Assembly: GCA_005801425.1 (NCBI GenBank) | Contig: SYDY01000026.1 | Coordinates: 23,350 to 87,349 of the forward strand | Direction of reading: 5' to 3' | DNA length: 64,000 nt | Source of the DNA: Bdellovibrionales bacterium | Lineage (GTDB): Bacteria > Myxococcota > XYA12-FULL-58-9 > SYDY01 | In this document: in pieces, positions 1 to 9,721 of the stretch | How positions within the stretch are numbered: position 1 is the stretch's first letter | Layout of the letters: each line of letters begins with the position of its first letter | Translations under genes and position numbers: made by a program | The notes under the pieces: generated by a model | Told to the model about the DNA's origin: nothing | The model's input: only the letters and a program-made list of their open reading frames with translations | Databases searched by the model: none

Positions 1-1
1 C

Positions 2-1540
2 GGACTCCATTTTTCTATCACTGATCTTCTTTCTGTGCGCCGTATCGCAGTCCCTGGAGCCATTGCGCAGATCATCGCGGCAGCAATTCTTGGTGCCTTC
101 GTTGCATGGCTGTGGGGTTGGTCGTGGGGCAGTGGCCTTGTCTTTGGACTTTCGTTATCCGTGGCAAGTACGGTTGTTCTTCTGCGTTCGCTTGAAGATC
201 GTGGCGCGCTGGATTCGGTGGATGGTCGGATCGCAGTGGGATGGCTGATCGTTGAGGATCTTGTCACCGTGCTCGTGCTTGTGTTGCTTCCTCTTTTTTC
301 CAAAGTGCTAGGGGATCTGGCGCAAGAAAACGCCAATACCGCTGGTTTTTCTGGCATATTTGGCATCGATTTTATGAAAATCCTCGGCTTGATGCTGCTT
401 AAAATGGCGACATTTGGGATCCTCATGTTCGCTGTGGGCAGACGTGTTGTCCCCTGGTTGCTTGGGAATGTTGTCAAGACAGGATCACGGGAACTTTTTA
501 CACTTGCTGTCTTGGCTATTGCACTTGGCATTGCTGTGGGGGCGGCGACATTGTTTGGCGTCTCGATAGCGCTCGGCGCATTTTTTGCAGGAGTGATCGT
601 CAATGAATCGGATTTCAGCCACGAGGCTGCGTCCAATGCGCTCCCTCTTCAAGATGCTTTCGCCGTTCTTTTTTTTGTATCGGTGGGGATGCTCTTTGAT
701 CCGAGGATCCTCATCCAGCAGCCGTTGGATGTGATCGCCGTCGTGCTTATTATTCTTGTTGGAAAATCACTGGCGTCGTTTCTTATCGTTCTCGCATTTG
801 GCTACCCATTGCATACGGCTTTGACGATCTCCGCGAGTCTTGCCCAGATCGGTGAATTTTCATTTATTCTCGTCGCACTGGCGATCTCGCTGGGATTGCT
901 CCCCAAAGAAGCCCAAAGCCTGATTGTTGCGGGCGCGATGATCAGTATTACCATCAATCCATTCATTTTTCGGAGTCTGGCACCTGTTGAGCGTTGGATA
1001 CGCCGCTGGCGAGGACTTGCATCGGCGCTGGAGCGACCTGCAGGGGCGCTTGCGCAGTTGCTTCCCTCGGTGGATGCGGGGCGCTTGCACGATCATGTTG
1101 TGCTTATCGGCTATGGGCGCGTGGGTGCATCCGTGGTCGAAGAGTTGGCCCTGCACAACATCCCTTATGTGATTATCGAACAAAGTCGTGAGCGTATTGA
1201 GGCGCTTCGTGAGATCGGTTTGCCCGTGATTTTTGGGGATGCAACACGGCCCGAAGTTCTGGGTGATGCGCATCTTGAACGTGCGCGATTGGTCCTTGTT
1301 TCAACACCCGATGCCTACCATTCGCGTGCAATTCTCGCATTGGCCAAGCGACTCAATCCAGCGATCGATGTTGTCATACGGACCCATAGCGACGAAGAGC
1401 GGATGTTTCTTGAATCCAACGGTGCGGTTCGTGCCTTGGTGGAGGAGCGTGAAATGGCGATAAGTCTTACCCGACACGCCCTGCGACGTTTTGGTGTTAT
1501 TCATGACATGGAGGCAGTGGCAGCGCGTGCTTTGAAGTAA
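2..1540 (+). CDS. CPA2-family cation:proton antiporter (YbaL/RosB/KefC-like) with C-terminal TrkA-N/KTN domain; 5'-partial
   Basis: Many TM segments; SVASTVV, LGAFFAG and LAQIGEFSF motifs; GYGRVG Rossmann motif near the C-terminus. The frame is open from base 2 (GLHFSITDLLSVRRIAVPGA), so the start lies upstream of the window. Confidence 0.92.
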   Translation, partial: GLHFSITDLLSVRRIAVPGAIAQIIAAAILGAFVAWLWGWSWGSGLVFGLSLSVASTVVLLRSLEDRGALDSVDGRIAVGWLIVEDLVTVLVLVLLPLFSKVLGDLAQENANTAGFSGIFGIDFMKILGLMLLKMATFGILMFAVGRRVVPWLLGNVVKTGSRELFTLAVLAIALGIAVGAATLFGVSIALGAFFAGVIVNESDFSHEAASNALPLQDAFAVLFFVSVGMLFDPRILIQQPLDVIAVVLIILVGKSLASFLIVLAFGYPLHTALTISASLAQIGEFSFILVALAISLGLLPKEAQSLIVAGAMISITINPFIFRSLAPVERWIRRWRGLASALERPAGALAQLLPSVDAGRLHDHVVLIGYGRVGASVVEELALHNIPYVIIEQSRERIEALREIGLPVIFGDATRPEVLGDAHLERARLVLVSTPDAYHSRAILALAKRLNPAIDVVIRTHSDEERMFLESNGAVRALVEEREMAISLTRHALRRFGVIHDMEAVAARALK

Positions 1541-1554
1541 TAGGCTTGAGCAAA

Positions 1555-1631
1555 TGGTGCGCCCGGCAGGAATTGAACCTGCGACCTACGGGTTCGAAGC
1601 CCGGCGCTCTATCCAACTGAGCTACGGACGC
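1555..1631 (-). tRNA. tRNA-Arg (anticodon TCG)
   Basis: Reverse complement GCGTCCGTAGCTCAGTTGGATAGAGCGCCGGGCTTCGAACCCGTAGGTCGCAGGTTCAATTCCTGCCGGGCGCACCA has an acceptor stem, D-arm, anticodon loop CT-TCG-AA, GTTCAA T-loop and encoded CCA (77 nt). Confidence 0.96.
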
Positions 1632-1751
1632 ACACAGTATGCAATGCGTACCTACTCCGACCCCATGGCATCTTGCAACCCCTTACAGCATACCGGCGAT
1701 TTTTGGGGTAGGATCTGGGTAGGTGATGTGTTGCCCAAAAGGGGGATGTAG

Positions 1752-2549
1752 GTGTTGGTTGGGTTGGAAAATGAAGGGGCCATGGGGGATGATCTGCAAA
1801 AGGCAGCAGGGGTGGGTGCGTTTACGCTGCACTATCAGCCGATGATCGATTTACGGCGAGGCTGTGTGAGCAGTTTTGAAGCGTTGTTGCGCTGGGAAGT
1901 AACGTCCGGTTCTTTTGTCAGTCCAGCCGTGTTTGTACCACTCCTTGAACGACAGGGGCTTATTGCCGATGTGGGGGCATGGGTTCTTCAGGAAGCCACA
2001 CGGCAGTTGCGGCGCTGGTTTTCTGTGGGCGGCGCGTCGGGACGCATCGCGGTGAATGTTTCACCCAAGCAATTTGAACGTCATGATTTTCTCGCCACTG
2101 TGGAATCGGCCTTGCTGGCATCGCGCATTGAACCTGGTCAGCTTGAGCTTGAAATTACAGAAGGCTTATTGATGGGCGATGCGAGCCAAACCATTGCGCA
2201 TTTAAAAGCCTTGCGTGCTCTAGGGGTTCGTATTGCCATCGATGATTTTGGTACGGGATATTCGTCGCTTGCTTATTTGCATCGTTTTGATGTCAACGTG
2301 CTTAAAATCGACCGTTCATTTATCAATGCCATAGGCTATGATGTTGCGGCTGAAAAAATAATCACCGCGATTATCGGACTTGCGCAGCATCTTGGCTTGG
2401 AAGTGGTCGCTGAAGGCGTTGAGACCGAAGCCCAGCTTCAGTTTTTACAGCAAGCGGGCTGCGACATGGTGCAAGGCTTTTTACTTGGGAAGCCGCGCGA
2501 TGATTGGGATTTACGCGAAGTGCATGCCCGCAATTGGGGAATTTTTTGA
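1752..2549 (+). CDS. Stand-alone EAL-domain c-di-GMP phosphodiesterase
   Basis: YQP, FEALLRW, NVS, ELEITE, DDFGTGYSS, KID, EGVE and QGF are all intact. ATG 1782 is an alternative start. Confidence 0.92.
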   Translation: MLVGLENEGAMGDDLQKAAGVGAFTLHYQPMIDLRRGCVSSFEALLRWEVTSGSFVSPAVFVPLLERQGLIADVGAWVLQEATRQLRRWFSVGGASGRIAVNVSPKQFERHDFLATVESALLASRIEPGQLELEITEGLLMGDASQTIAHLKALRALGVRIAIDDFGTGYSSLAYLHRFDVNVLKIDRSFINAIGYDVAAEKIITAIIGLAQHLGLEVVAEGVETEAQLQFLQQAGCDMVQGFLLGKPRDDWDLREVHARNWGIF

Positions 2550-2569
2550 TGATCCTTTAATGTGATTGG

Positions 2570-3355
2570 GTGCTCCAAGAAGATCTCATTTTCCTTATTG
2601 CTGCACCTAGATCAGGTGCATCGTTGTTGCAGCAGATGATGATGGTCTGCACATCTGCCACCGTGAAATCCGGATTGCATCTGATAGCGCCTCTTAGCAC
2701 ACTCGGCTTTTACGATTTTTTGGGTAATGCTTCGTCAAATATTTTGGCGCTACCGTTGTTGAGCAAGCTTTATCCGTCAGCACGCTATGTGGTGCTCACG
2801 CGGCATCCCATGGCTCTTTTGCATTCATGTGCCTATGGATTGTTTGCAGGAGACTATGGGCGCGTCGATCGTGAAAATCCATATATACCAGCCATTGCCG
2901 CTTTTATCGCAACGCCACCTGCACGATTTCTGCATGTGCGTTATGAGGATTTACTGCGTGATCCGAACAGCCATATTGAGCGGCTTTGTGACTTTTTGGG
3001 AATTCCTGTCAATCCCTCGATGATGCATGCAAGCACCTATCCTGTGCTAGAAAGGGCTGATCGATGGCGATCTGATTTTTCAGCAAGACCCGATGCCTTG
3101 GCTTGCGGATATGCGGTGCTTGAAACGTTAGGAACCCAAGATCTTCAAATGTGGGGCAATGCAAAAGCGGGTATTGTTCGTGAGCTTGCCGAATGTGCAG
3201 GAAACAAAAAAGCAAGGCCATCGTATTCTCGGTTCACGGGTGTTTTTCTAAAACGCCGGATTTTTCTTGGGTTTCATCGCATGGTGCGCGTATTGCGATG
3301 TCAAAAAATGGTGGTGTGGGTTCGTGATCTGTGTGTGATGTTACTGCGTGATTAA
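2570..3355 (+). CDS. Sulfotransferase-family protein (possibly degenerate)
   Basis: PAPS-binding-like APRSGASLL, LYPSARYVVLTRHP and VRYEDLLRDP...LCDFLG. Confidence 0.75.
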   Translation: MLQEDLIFLIAAPRSGASLLQQMMMVCTSATVKSGLHLIAPLSTLGFYDFLGNASSNILALPLLSKLYPSARYVVLTRHPMALLHSCAYGLFAGDYGRVDRENPYIPAIAAFIATPPARFLHVRYEDLLRDPNSHIERLCDFLGIPVNPSMMHASTYPVLERADRWRSDFSARPDALACGYAVLETLGTQDLQMWGNAKAGIVRELAECAGNKKARPSYSRFTGVFLKRRIFLGFHRMVRVLRCQKMVVWVRDLCVMLLRD

Positions 3356-4150
3356 CACTTCATGGACAGGGCCACGTTTTTCGGCGTTGCTGTTGATTGA
3401 TCGGCGCGCCAGTACTTTTCGGATCCGATAACCACGATACAAATCGCGGATTAGAGGCGTGTCAGAATTGGAAAGCACTGCATGCACGCCGCGTTCTATC
3501 AAGCGACCAAACATAGCTGCCAATTGGACTTGTTCATTTTCGCCGAATGGCGTGGAGGTATACGAAGTAAATGATGCTGTGGGAGTGAGTGGATCATACG
3601 GTGGATCAAGATACACCAAATCGCCTGGGGCTATTTTGTGTTCTATTTCAAACACCGTGGCATGCATTAATTTGGCGCCTTTTAAGGCTTTTGCGGCAGC
3701 ACGCAAAACTTTTTCGTTGCATATCGTTGGATTTTTGTTTTGTCCAAAAGGGACATTGAATTGCCCCTTCTTGTTGACGCGATACAATCCATTAAAACAA
3801 CATCGATTTAAAAAAAGGATGCGTGCTGCGGCTTCTGCTGGATTGAGATCGTTTTTATCGAGGGCGCGAATTTTATAATAATAATCTTTGTCTGCGCGAT
3901 GTGTTTTAAGCGCATCGATCACCGCTTGTACGTCTGTTCTTATCGCTTTGTAGGTGATGATCAGATCTTCGTTGACATCAACAAGCGTCGCTTTGGGTGG
4001 AAGAAAACGAAAAAAAACAGCGCCGCCACCAAAAAATGGCTCCCAGTAACGTGTGTATGTTGCGGGAAACAACGGCAAAATGTGGCTTAGAAGCTGCGAC
4101 TTGCCTCCTGCCCATTTTAAGATCGGTCGCGCTGTGGGAGATGCGGTCAT
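3341..4150 (-). CDS. dam: DNA adenine methyltransferase, Dam/DpnM (D12) family, orphan
   Basis: LKWAGGK, EPFFGGGAV, FNGLYRVN and the catalytic LDPPY motif. Confidence 0.92.
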   Translation of the reverse strand: MTASPTARPILKWAGGKSQLLSHILPLFPATYTRYWEPFFGGGAVFFRFLPPKATLVDVNEDLIITYKAIRTDVQAVIDALKTHRADKDYYYKIRALDKNDLNPAEAAARILFLNRCCFNGLYRVNKKGQFNVPFGQNKNPTICNEKVLRAAAKALKGAKLMHATVFEIEHKIAPGDLVYLDPPYDPLTPTASFTSYTSTPFGENEQVQLAAMFGRLIERGVHAVLSNSDTPLIRDLYRGYRIRKVLARRSINSNAEKRGPVHEVLITQ

Positions 4151-4158
4151 TTCCTATC

Positions 4159-5778
4159 TCAAAGCATATACGGATAACCGACGGCAAGCGGTGGCTTCAA
4201 ATTTTCTTTGACAGTACGCATATTGATCCATCGAAGCAGGTTGAGTGGACTTCCTGCTTTGTCGTTGGTTCCCGAAGCGCGGCCACCTCCGAAGGGTTGT
4301 TGTCCAACCACCGCGCCGGTGCATTTATCGTTGATGTAAAAATTGCCGGCGGCGAAGCGCAAGACATTGCTGGCTTGTAGGATCGCATAACGGTCACGTG
4401 CAAAGATGGAACCCGTTAAGGCGTAAGGTGCGGTTTCATCCACAAGCTTTAGCATTTCTGTGTATTGTGCGTCCGGATAACAATAAATAGTGAGTACGGG
4501 TCCAAAAATTTCTTCCCGCATCAGACGATGTTTTGGGTCGGTTGTAAGCACGATGGTCGGTTGAATAAAATAGCCCGTGCTGTCGTCGTATGTTCCACCG
4601 GTGACGATCGTGGTGCTGCTGTCTTCCTTGGCAAGGTCAATATAAGCTGCAATTTTACGATATGCGCGCTCATCGATGACAGCACCCATGAAATTTGAAA
4701 AATCACTGGTATCGCCCACTTTGAGCGCAGAGACTTCCGCAATCAATCGTTCCGACAATTCAGGCCACATGCTTTCGGGAATATAAGCACGGGATGCGGC
4801 GGAGCACTTTTGGCCCTGATATTCAAAAGCGCCGCGAATCAATCCTACCGCAAGCGCTTGAATATCGGCAGAAGGGTGCGCAACAATGAAATCCTTGCCA
4901 CCTGTTTCACCTACCAACCGCGGGTAGCTTTTGTACGTATTGATGTTCTGCCCCACCATGCTCCACAACGATTTAAACACCTGTGTGGAACCTGTAAAAT
5001 GAACACCCGCAAGATCCGGGTGCATCATGGCTACGTTGCTTATTTCGGGGCCTGTGCCGTGCACAAGATTGATTACCCCGTTGGGCAATCCGGCTTCGCG
5101 TAAAACATCCATGATGACTTGATTGGAAAGTGCTGCGCTCGATGCGGGTTTCCATACCACGGTGTTCCCAAGCAGCGCGGGCGCGGTGGGTAAATTGCCT
5201 GCAATGGCGGTGAAATTAAAAGGTGTGATTGCAAGCACAAAACCGTCAAGAGGCCGATGTTCCACTTGATTCCATATCTCATGGGTGGAGATGGGCTGAT
5301 CGAATTGAAGCTTGCGTGCGTAATGAACATTAAAACGCAGAAAATCGATCAATTCACAGGCACTGTCTATTTCTGCTTGGTGCGCTGTTTTTCCCTGCCC
5401 TAGCATGGTGGTTGCATTGATGCGTGCCCGGTAAGGGCCTGCAAACAATTCGGCTGCGCGTAAAAAAACGGCCGCGCGTTGTTCAAAGGGCAAGGCAGCC
5501 CAATCATGGCGCGCACGCATGGCAGCCACAATAGCAAGCGATGTTCCTGACTCGCCGGCCTGATGGGTTCGTGCAATGATCCTGTGATGATCATGAGGTG
5601 ACCGTACATCAATCACAGGGCCAGTAATTTCTTGTCCATCGATGATGGAAGGGAGATCCCGTGTTTCTTCGCGCATGGCGGCGAGTGTGGCTTGGAGTGT
5701 ATGCCTGGTTGCTGTCCCTGGTGCGTAGTCGAAAGCAGGTTCGTTGACAGGATTTGGGGTTTGAATGATACCGTCCAT
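4159..5778 (-). CDS. pruA: L-glutamate gamma-semialdehyde (P5C) dehydrogenase
   Basis: PVNEP, TPFNF, FTGST, YPRLVGETGGKDF, YQGQKCSA, EEIFGP and GTNDKAGS. Start set at ATG 5778, which has a GGAGG RBS. Confidence 0.93.
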   Translation of the reverse strand: MDGIIQTPNPVNEPAFDYAPGTATRHTLQATLAAMREETRDLPSIIDGQEITGPVIDVRSPHDHHRIIARTHQAGESGTSLAIVAAMRARHDWAALPFEQRAAVFLRAAELFAGPYRARINATTMLGQGKTAHQAEIDSACELIDFLRFNVHYARKLQFDQPISTHEIWNQVEHRPLDGFVLAITPFNFTAIAGNLPTAPALLGNTVVWKPASSAALSNQVIMDVLREAGLPNGVINLVHGTGPEISNVAMMHPDLAGVHFTGSTQVFKSLWSMVGQNINTYKSYPRLVGETGGKDFIVAHPSADIQALAVGLIRGAFEYQGQKCSAASRAYIPESMWPELSERLIAEVSALKVGDTSDFSNFMGAVIDERAYRKIAAYIDLAKEDSSTTIVTGGTYDDSTGYFIQPTIVLTTDPKHRLMREEIFGPVLTIYCYPDAQYTEMLKLVDETAPYALTGSIFARDRYAILQASNVLRFAAGNFYINDKCTGAVVGQQPFGGGRASGTNDKAGSPLNLLRWINMRTVKENLKPPLAVGYPYML

Positions 5779-5817
5779 GGTTAAGCCTCCAAGGGGAGGT
5801 ATACGCGAAATGGGGAG

Positions 5818-6309
5818 ATGGATGCCATGGCCGAAAAAAAGTCGAAGCCGTCTGTATGTTTTGTGTGTTTGGGAAATATCTGTCGATCGCCTACGGCAGA
5901 AGCGATTTTTCGGGCTTTGGCTGAAGAACAAGGGATCGCACATCAGATCTTTATCGACTCGGCGGGTACGGCAAGGGAACATGCAGGTGAAGCGCCTGAT
6001 CCACGTTCTGCCGCTGCTGCTCTCAAGCGCGGCGTAACTCTGGCAGGGTATTCACGGCAATTTAACGGGGATGATTTTGCACGCTTTTCATGGATCGTCG
6101 CCATGGATGCGAAAAATCTTCGGGATATCAAAAAAGTAACCGGGGCTGAAAATTACAAAGGCCGTTTGTGTTTGCTGCGTGATTTTGATCCCAAAAGACC
6201 AGGGGATGTCCCTGATCCTTATATTGCAGGATCCGAAAGTTTTGATGCTGTCTTTGATGTTTGCGACCGCAGTTGCAGGGAATTGCTAAAGGCGGTGATG
6301 GGCGGGTGA
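5818..6309 (+). CDS. Low-molecular-weight protein-tyrosine phosphatase
   Basis: P-loop VCLGNICRSP, DSAGT and DVPDPY. Confidence 0.93.
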   Translation: MDAMAEKKSKPSVCFVCLGNICRSPTAEAIFRALAEEQGIAHQIFIDSAGTAREHAGEAPDPRSAAAALKRGVTLAGYSRQFNGDDFARFSWIVAMDAKNLRDIKKVTGAENYKGRLCLLRDFDPKRPGDVPDPYIAGSESFDAVFDVCDRSCRELLKAVMGG

Positions 6310-7554
6310 CTATCGCTCGCCACGACCGCGCACGATGACACCGTGTGCTTTCAGACGCAATGATTGGATGCGAATGAAACCGGCGGAATCGGCTTGGCTG
6401 AAGCCACCCTCAATGTCCATGCTTGAAAGATCGCGGTTGTACAACGAACTTGGTGATGTACGTCCCACGGGGATCGCATTGCCTTTGTACAATGCGAGAA
6501 CCACGGTGCCGTCAATAAGCTCTTGGCTCTTCTTCACAGCGGCAGTGAGGAATTCCATTTCAGGACTGAACCAAAAGCCGTTGTAAATGATCTGCGCAAG
6601 CTTGGGCGCAAGGGTGTCGCGCAAACGTTGCACTTCAACGTCCATGGCCACACCTTCAATATCGCGATGGGCAATGTGCAACAAAGTACCGCCTGGGGTT
6701 TCGTAGACACCGCGGCTCTTGATGCCGATGTATCTGTTTTCGACGATATCGATGCGGCCAACGCCGTTTTTGCGCGCCACTTCGTTGAGCAAATTAAAAA
6801 GTGGCAGAGGTGATCGTTCTTCTTCACCCGTGCGGCAATTTTTGGCACGTATGGGCATGCCGTCTTTGAATTCGATTTCTACCAATGTTTCTTCATCGGG
6901 TGCATCTCTTGGGTCGACGCATACGGTGAACATCTCTTTGGCAGGACGCTGCATCGGGTTTTCGAGCACACCCGATTCGTAACTTTTGTGCATTAAGTTT
7001 TCATCGGTGCTGTATGGTTTTTCAAGGGTGACAGGGATGTCGATGTTTTGTTCTTTTGCGTAAGCGATCAGATCGGATCGGCCTTTGAACTTTTCAAGAA
7101 ATTCAGGATCTTTCCATGGGGCAATGATGCCAAGCTCAGGGGCCAAGGCGGCATAAGCAAATTCAAATCGGAGTTGGTCGTTGCCTTTGCCTGTTGCACC
7201 ATGGGCCACGTGGGTCGCCTTGCATGCGCGCGCCACTTCAATGTGCGCTTTCGCGATCACAGGGCGGGCCAGTGATGTGCCAAGCAAATAACGGCCTTCA
7301 TAGATGGCATTGCCCGCAACCGCGGGAAAAATATACTGGGTGACAAAATCTTCTTTAAGATCGCAGATCACAACCTCATCGGCCCCGATCATGATCGCAT
7401 TGCGTTTGACTTGTTCGAAATCTTCGCGTTGACCCACGTCGGCGATGAACGCGACAACCGTGAAGCCCTTCAGCTTTAACCAACGTAAAATACAACTGGT
7501 ATCGAGTCCACCGGAATAGGCCAAAACTACTTTTTTGGAATTGCTCTGGGGCAT
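6310..7554 (-). CDS. argG: Argininosuccinate synthase
   Basis: [30 protein letters not shown] and [11 protein letters not shown]. Confidence 0.97.
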   Translation of the reverse strand: MPQSNSKKVVLAYSGGLDTSCILRWLKLKGFTVVAFIADVGQREDFEQVKRNAIMIGADEVVICDLKEDFVTQYIFPAVAGNAIYEGRYLLGTSLARPVIAKAHIEVARACKATHVAHGATGKGNDQLRFEFAYAALAPELGIIAPWKDPEFLEKFKGRSDLIAYAKEQNIDIPVTLEKPYSTDENLMHKSYESGVLENPMQRPAKEMFTVCVDPRDAPDEETLVEIEFKDGMPIRAKNCRTGEEERSPLPLFNLLNEVARKNGVGRIDIVENRYIGIKSRGVYETPGGTLLHIAHRDIEGVAMDVEVQRLRDTLAPKLAQIIYNGFWFSPEMEFLTAAVKKSQELIDGTVVLALYKGNAIPVGRTSPSSLYNRDLSSMDIEGGFSQADSAGFIRIQSLRLKAHGVIVRGRGER

Positions 7555-7804
7555 GGGGGTCTCCTGTTCATCATTAATGACGCGGAGCAGCCTTTAGCAC
7601 AGGTCATGCAAGGCGGGTAGATGGTCGTGCATATTTGGATCATTCCCTATTCTCGACTTTCGTAGGCCATGGTATGCGACATCATTATCCGCCGTCGTAC
7701 AGTGGCGATTTTGACAGAATGCACAATAGGTGCCTTACTGGTGATGGACTGGATGAATTGGATTAATGGTAGTGGCAGTTTAATTGCGGTGCAGGGAGAG
7801 GTGT

Positions 7805-9709
7805 ATGATTTGTTGGGTGACTCGTTTTCATGCCCTCGTGCTAGGTCTTTTTGTGATGTGCGGTGCCTGCCAGACACATCCTCTCAACGAAGATAGCAAA
7901 GTCCCTCAAACGGTGTTGTGCGACTCTGATTCAGAGTGCAATGGGCTCAAGGGTGAGTTTTGCGCATTCGGTGAATGTATTACCGCGCGGTGCCTGGGCG
8001 GCAATGTCCCTTTGGCAGAAGTCAAACCTACGCGTTTGGACTTTGGCCGTGTGAATTTAAATTCAGGCATCGGCAAAGTGGTCAATCTTAAAAACGTGGG
8101 CTCATGTGAGTTGACGATTTACGGTGCGAGCATGTCACAGCTGTCGGATCGTGCTTTTAATTGCGATCCATGCGATGTGGCGTCCTATCCCCGCCGTGTA
8201 GCACCCGGTGCGTCCTTGCAAATTGTGGTGGGTTACGACCCTGTGAGCGTGGGCGAAGTGCGTGGAACACTGCAGGTGAGTACCGACGATGAAAGCGTGG
8301 GCCAAAGCGGCTTGGTCGAAATACCTGTGGTTGGTACCCATGAAGGTGTTGCGGTGCTCACGACTGATCCCCGTGAACTCAACTTTGGCTATGTGGCCTA
8401 CGAAGGCAATTTCACCACGCCATCCAGAAAAACGATCCGTGTGTTTAACGCGGGGGTAGGTACGGCCGCATTGACCGTGAGCAATCTCACCGTGAATGGC
8501 GGCCCTTTTGAAGTGTTGCGTACGACGGGACTTCCAACACCCACCGCACCGCGTATTTTGCCTGTGTACAAGCGCGATGATCCAAGCACCTATGTGGATG
8601 TTGTGGTGGAGTATGCACCTCTTGGATTTCAAACGAGTGAACGCATGCTTACCGTGGTGGGAGAAGTGGATGGTGTCACTCAAACACTTGATGTCAAACT
8701 TACAGGATCGTCCGTAGGACCACCCAAAATAGCGATTACACCCAGCAGCATTCAATTTCGCAATGTAAGAGGCGGAGCCCTTGAAGTCACCGATGTGGTG
8801 TGTCGCACGGTCACGATTGCTAACACGGGTTCGTCGGATCTCCTTCTTTCTGATATCAAAGTGCTTGGTGATGTCAGTCAGTTTATGCTGCGTCCGTTTG
8901 ATCTGTTGCCGATTCATATCGGTGAACGATCCCGTGTGGATGTATGTTTTCAGCCGGTCGCGGGAACTGATCCCTCGAACTTGGAAAATCCAACCCGCAC
9001 CTTAACGGCCTTGCTTGCGGTGAGCAGCAATGATCCTGAAGCGCGCATTGCAACCGTGGGGCTCGATGGGCTTGCACGACAAAATCGTTCCGACGATTAT
9101 CTCAGGCTTGATCTCTCGTTTAGCAACAGCGACAGCAGTTGGGCGGCGGGTGATTTTCGCGATGTCGATCTCGAAGTGGTGGGCCCCGTGACGACGTGCG
9201 GTAAACCACAAGCCCATTACCAGCCAAGCCCAGGCGGAAATTTTAGCCTTGTGGGGATCAATGACTCATGTGCCGATTGGTCGACAACGCCAGGATTTGG
9301 ACGTGCCAAATGGTCCTCGGTGGGCGCCTATGAAGAACCTGAACGTATTATGATCTACGGTATGGGGCCTGAAAGTGGTCAAGGCCTTTACGAAGTTTAT
9401 GCGCATTACGTGGATGATTGTTCCCAGGTGGCGACAGGCATGCTTGCGAGTGTGGTGGGACTTGGCATTGATGTTCTCTTGGGCGCCGTCGCTGCAGGGA
9501 CAGGCGTGATCGTCCCCTTGGACACCAAAGGTGTGCGCGATCTTATCCAAGGCAATTGTTGGGATCATTCAAGTGTGACCGCCAATGTTTCGGTTCGTAT
9601 CAACGGTATCGAGGTCGCGAGCCCGAGCGTGTCATTGGGATCGACAGGTGATTCACGACGCGTGGTGAAACTGCGCCGATCCAACGGTCAATTTACCATC
9701 GAACCTTAA
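7805..9709 (+). CDS. Secreted lipoprotein with repeated choice-of-anchor-D/ASH-like Ig domains
   Basis: Lipobox-like MCGAC, Cys-rich N-terminus, three repeats of 'P..L.FG.V...N.G...L.I...(S/T)(N/D)D'. ATG 7805 follows GGAGAGG. Confidence 0.7.
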   Translation: MICWVTRFHALVLGLFVMCGACQTHPLNEDSKVPQTVLCDSDSECNGLKGEFCAFGECITARCLGGNVPLAEVKPTRLDFGRVNLNSGIGKVVNLKNVGSCELTIYGASMSQLSDRAFNCDPCDVASYPRRVAPGASLQIVVGYDPVSVGEVRGTLQVSTDDESVGQSGLVEIPVVGTHEGVAVLTTDPRELNFGYVAYEGNFTTPSRKTIRVFNAGVGTAALTVSNLTVNGGPFEVLRTTGLPTPTAPRILPVYKRDDPSTYVDVVVEYAPLGFQTSERMLTVVGEVDGVTQTLDVKLTGSSVGPPKIAITPSSIQFRNVRGGALEVTDVVCRTVTIANTGSSDLLLSDIKVLGDVSQFMLRPFDLLPIHIGERSRVDVCFQPVAGTDPSNLENPTRTLTALLAVSSNDPEARIATVGLDGLARQNRSDDYLRLDLSFSNSDSSWAAGDFRDVDLEVVGPVTTCGKPQAHYQPSPGGNFSLVGINDSCADWSTTPGFGRAKWSSVGAYEEPERIMIYGMGPESGQGLYEVYAHYVDDCSQVATGMLASVVGLGIDVLLGAVAAGTGVIVPLDTKGVRDLIQGNCWDHSSVTANVSVRINGIEVASPSVSLGSTGDSRRVVKLRRSNGQFTIEP

Positions 9710-9721
9710 AGGACGCATGCT

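Noticed and set aside
1554-1751. 65-aa ORF MVRPAGIEPATYGFEARRSIQLSYGR
   Set aside because: It is the antisense translation of the tRNA-Arg gene.
1555-4150. tRNA-anchored genomic island or prophage
   Set aside because: No integrase and no duplicated tRNA 3' end were seen in the window.
5779-5982. N-terminal extension of the pruA ORF
   Set aside because: It overlaps the divergent phosphatase; family similarity and the RBS point to ATG 5778.
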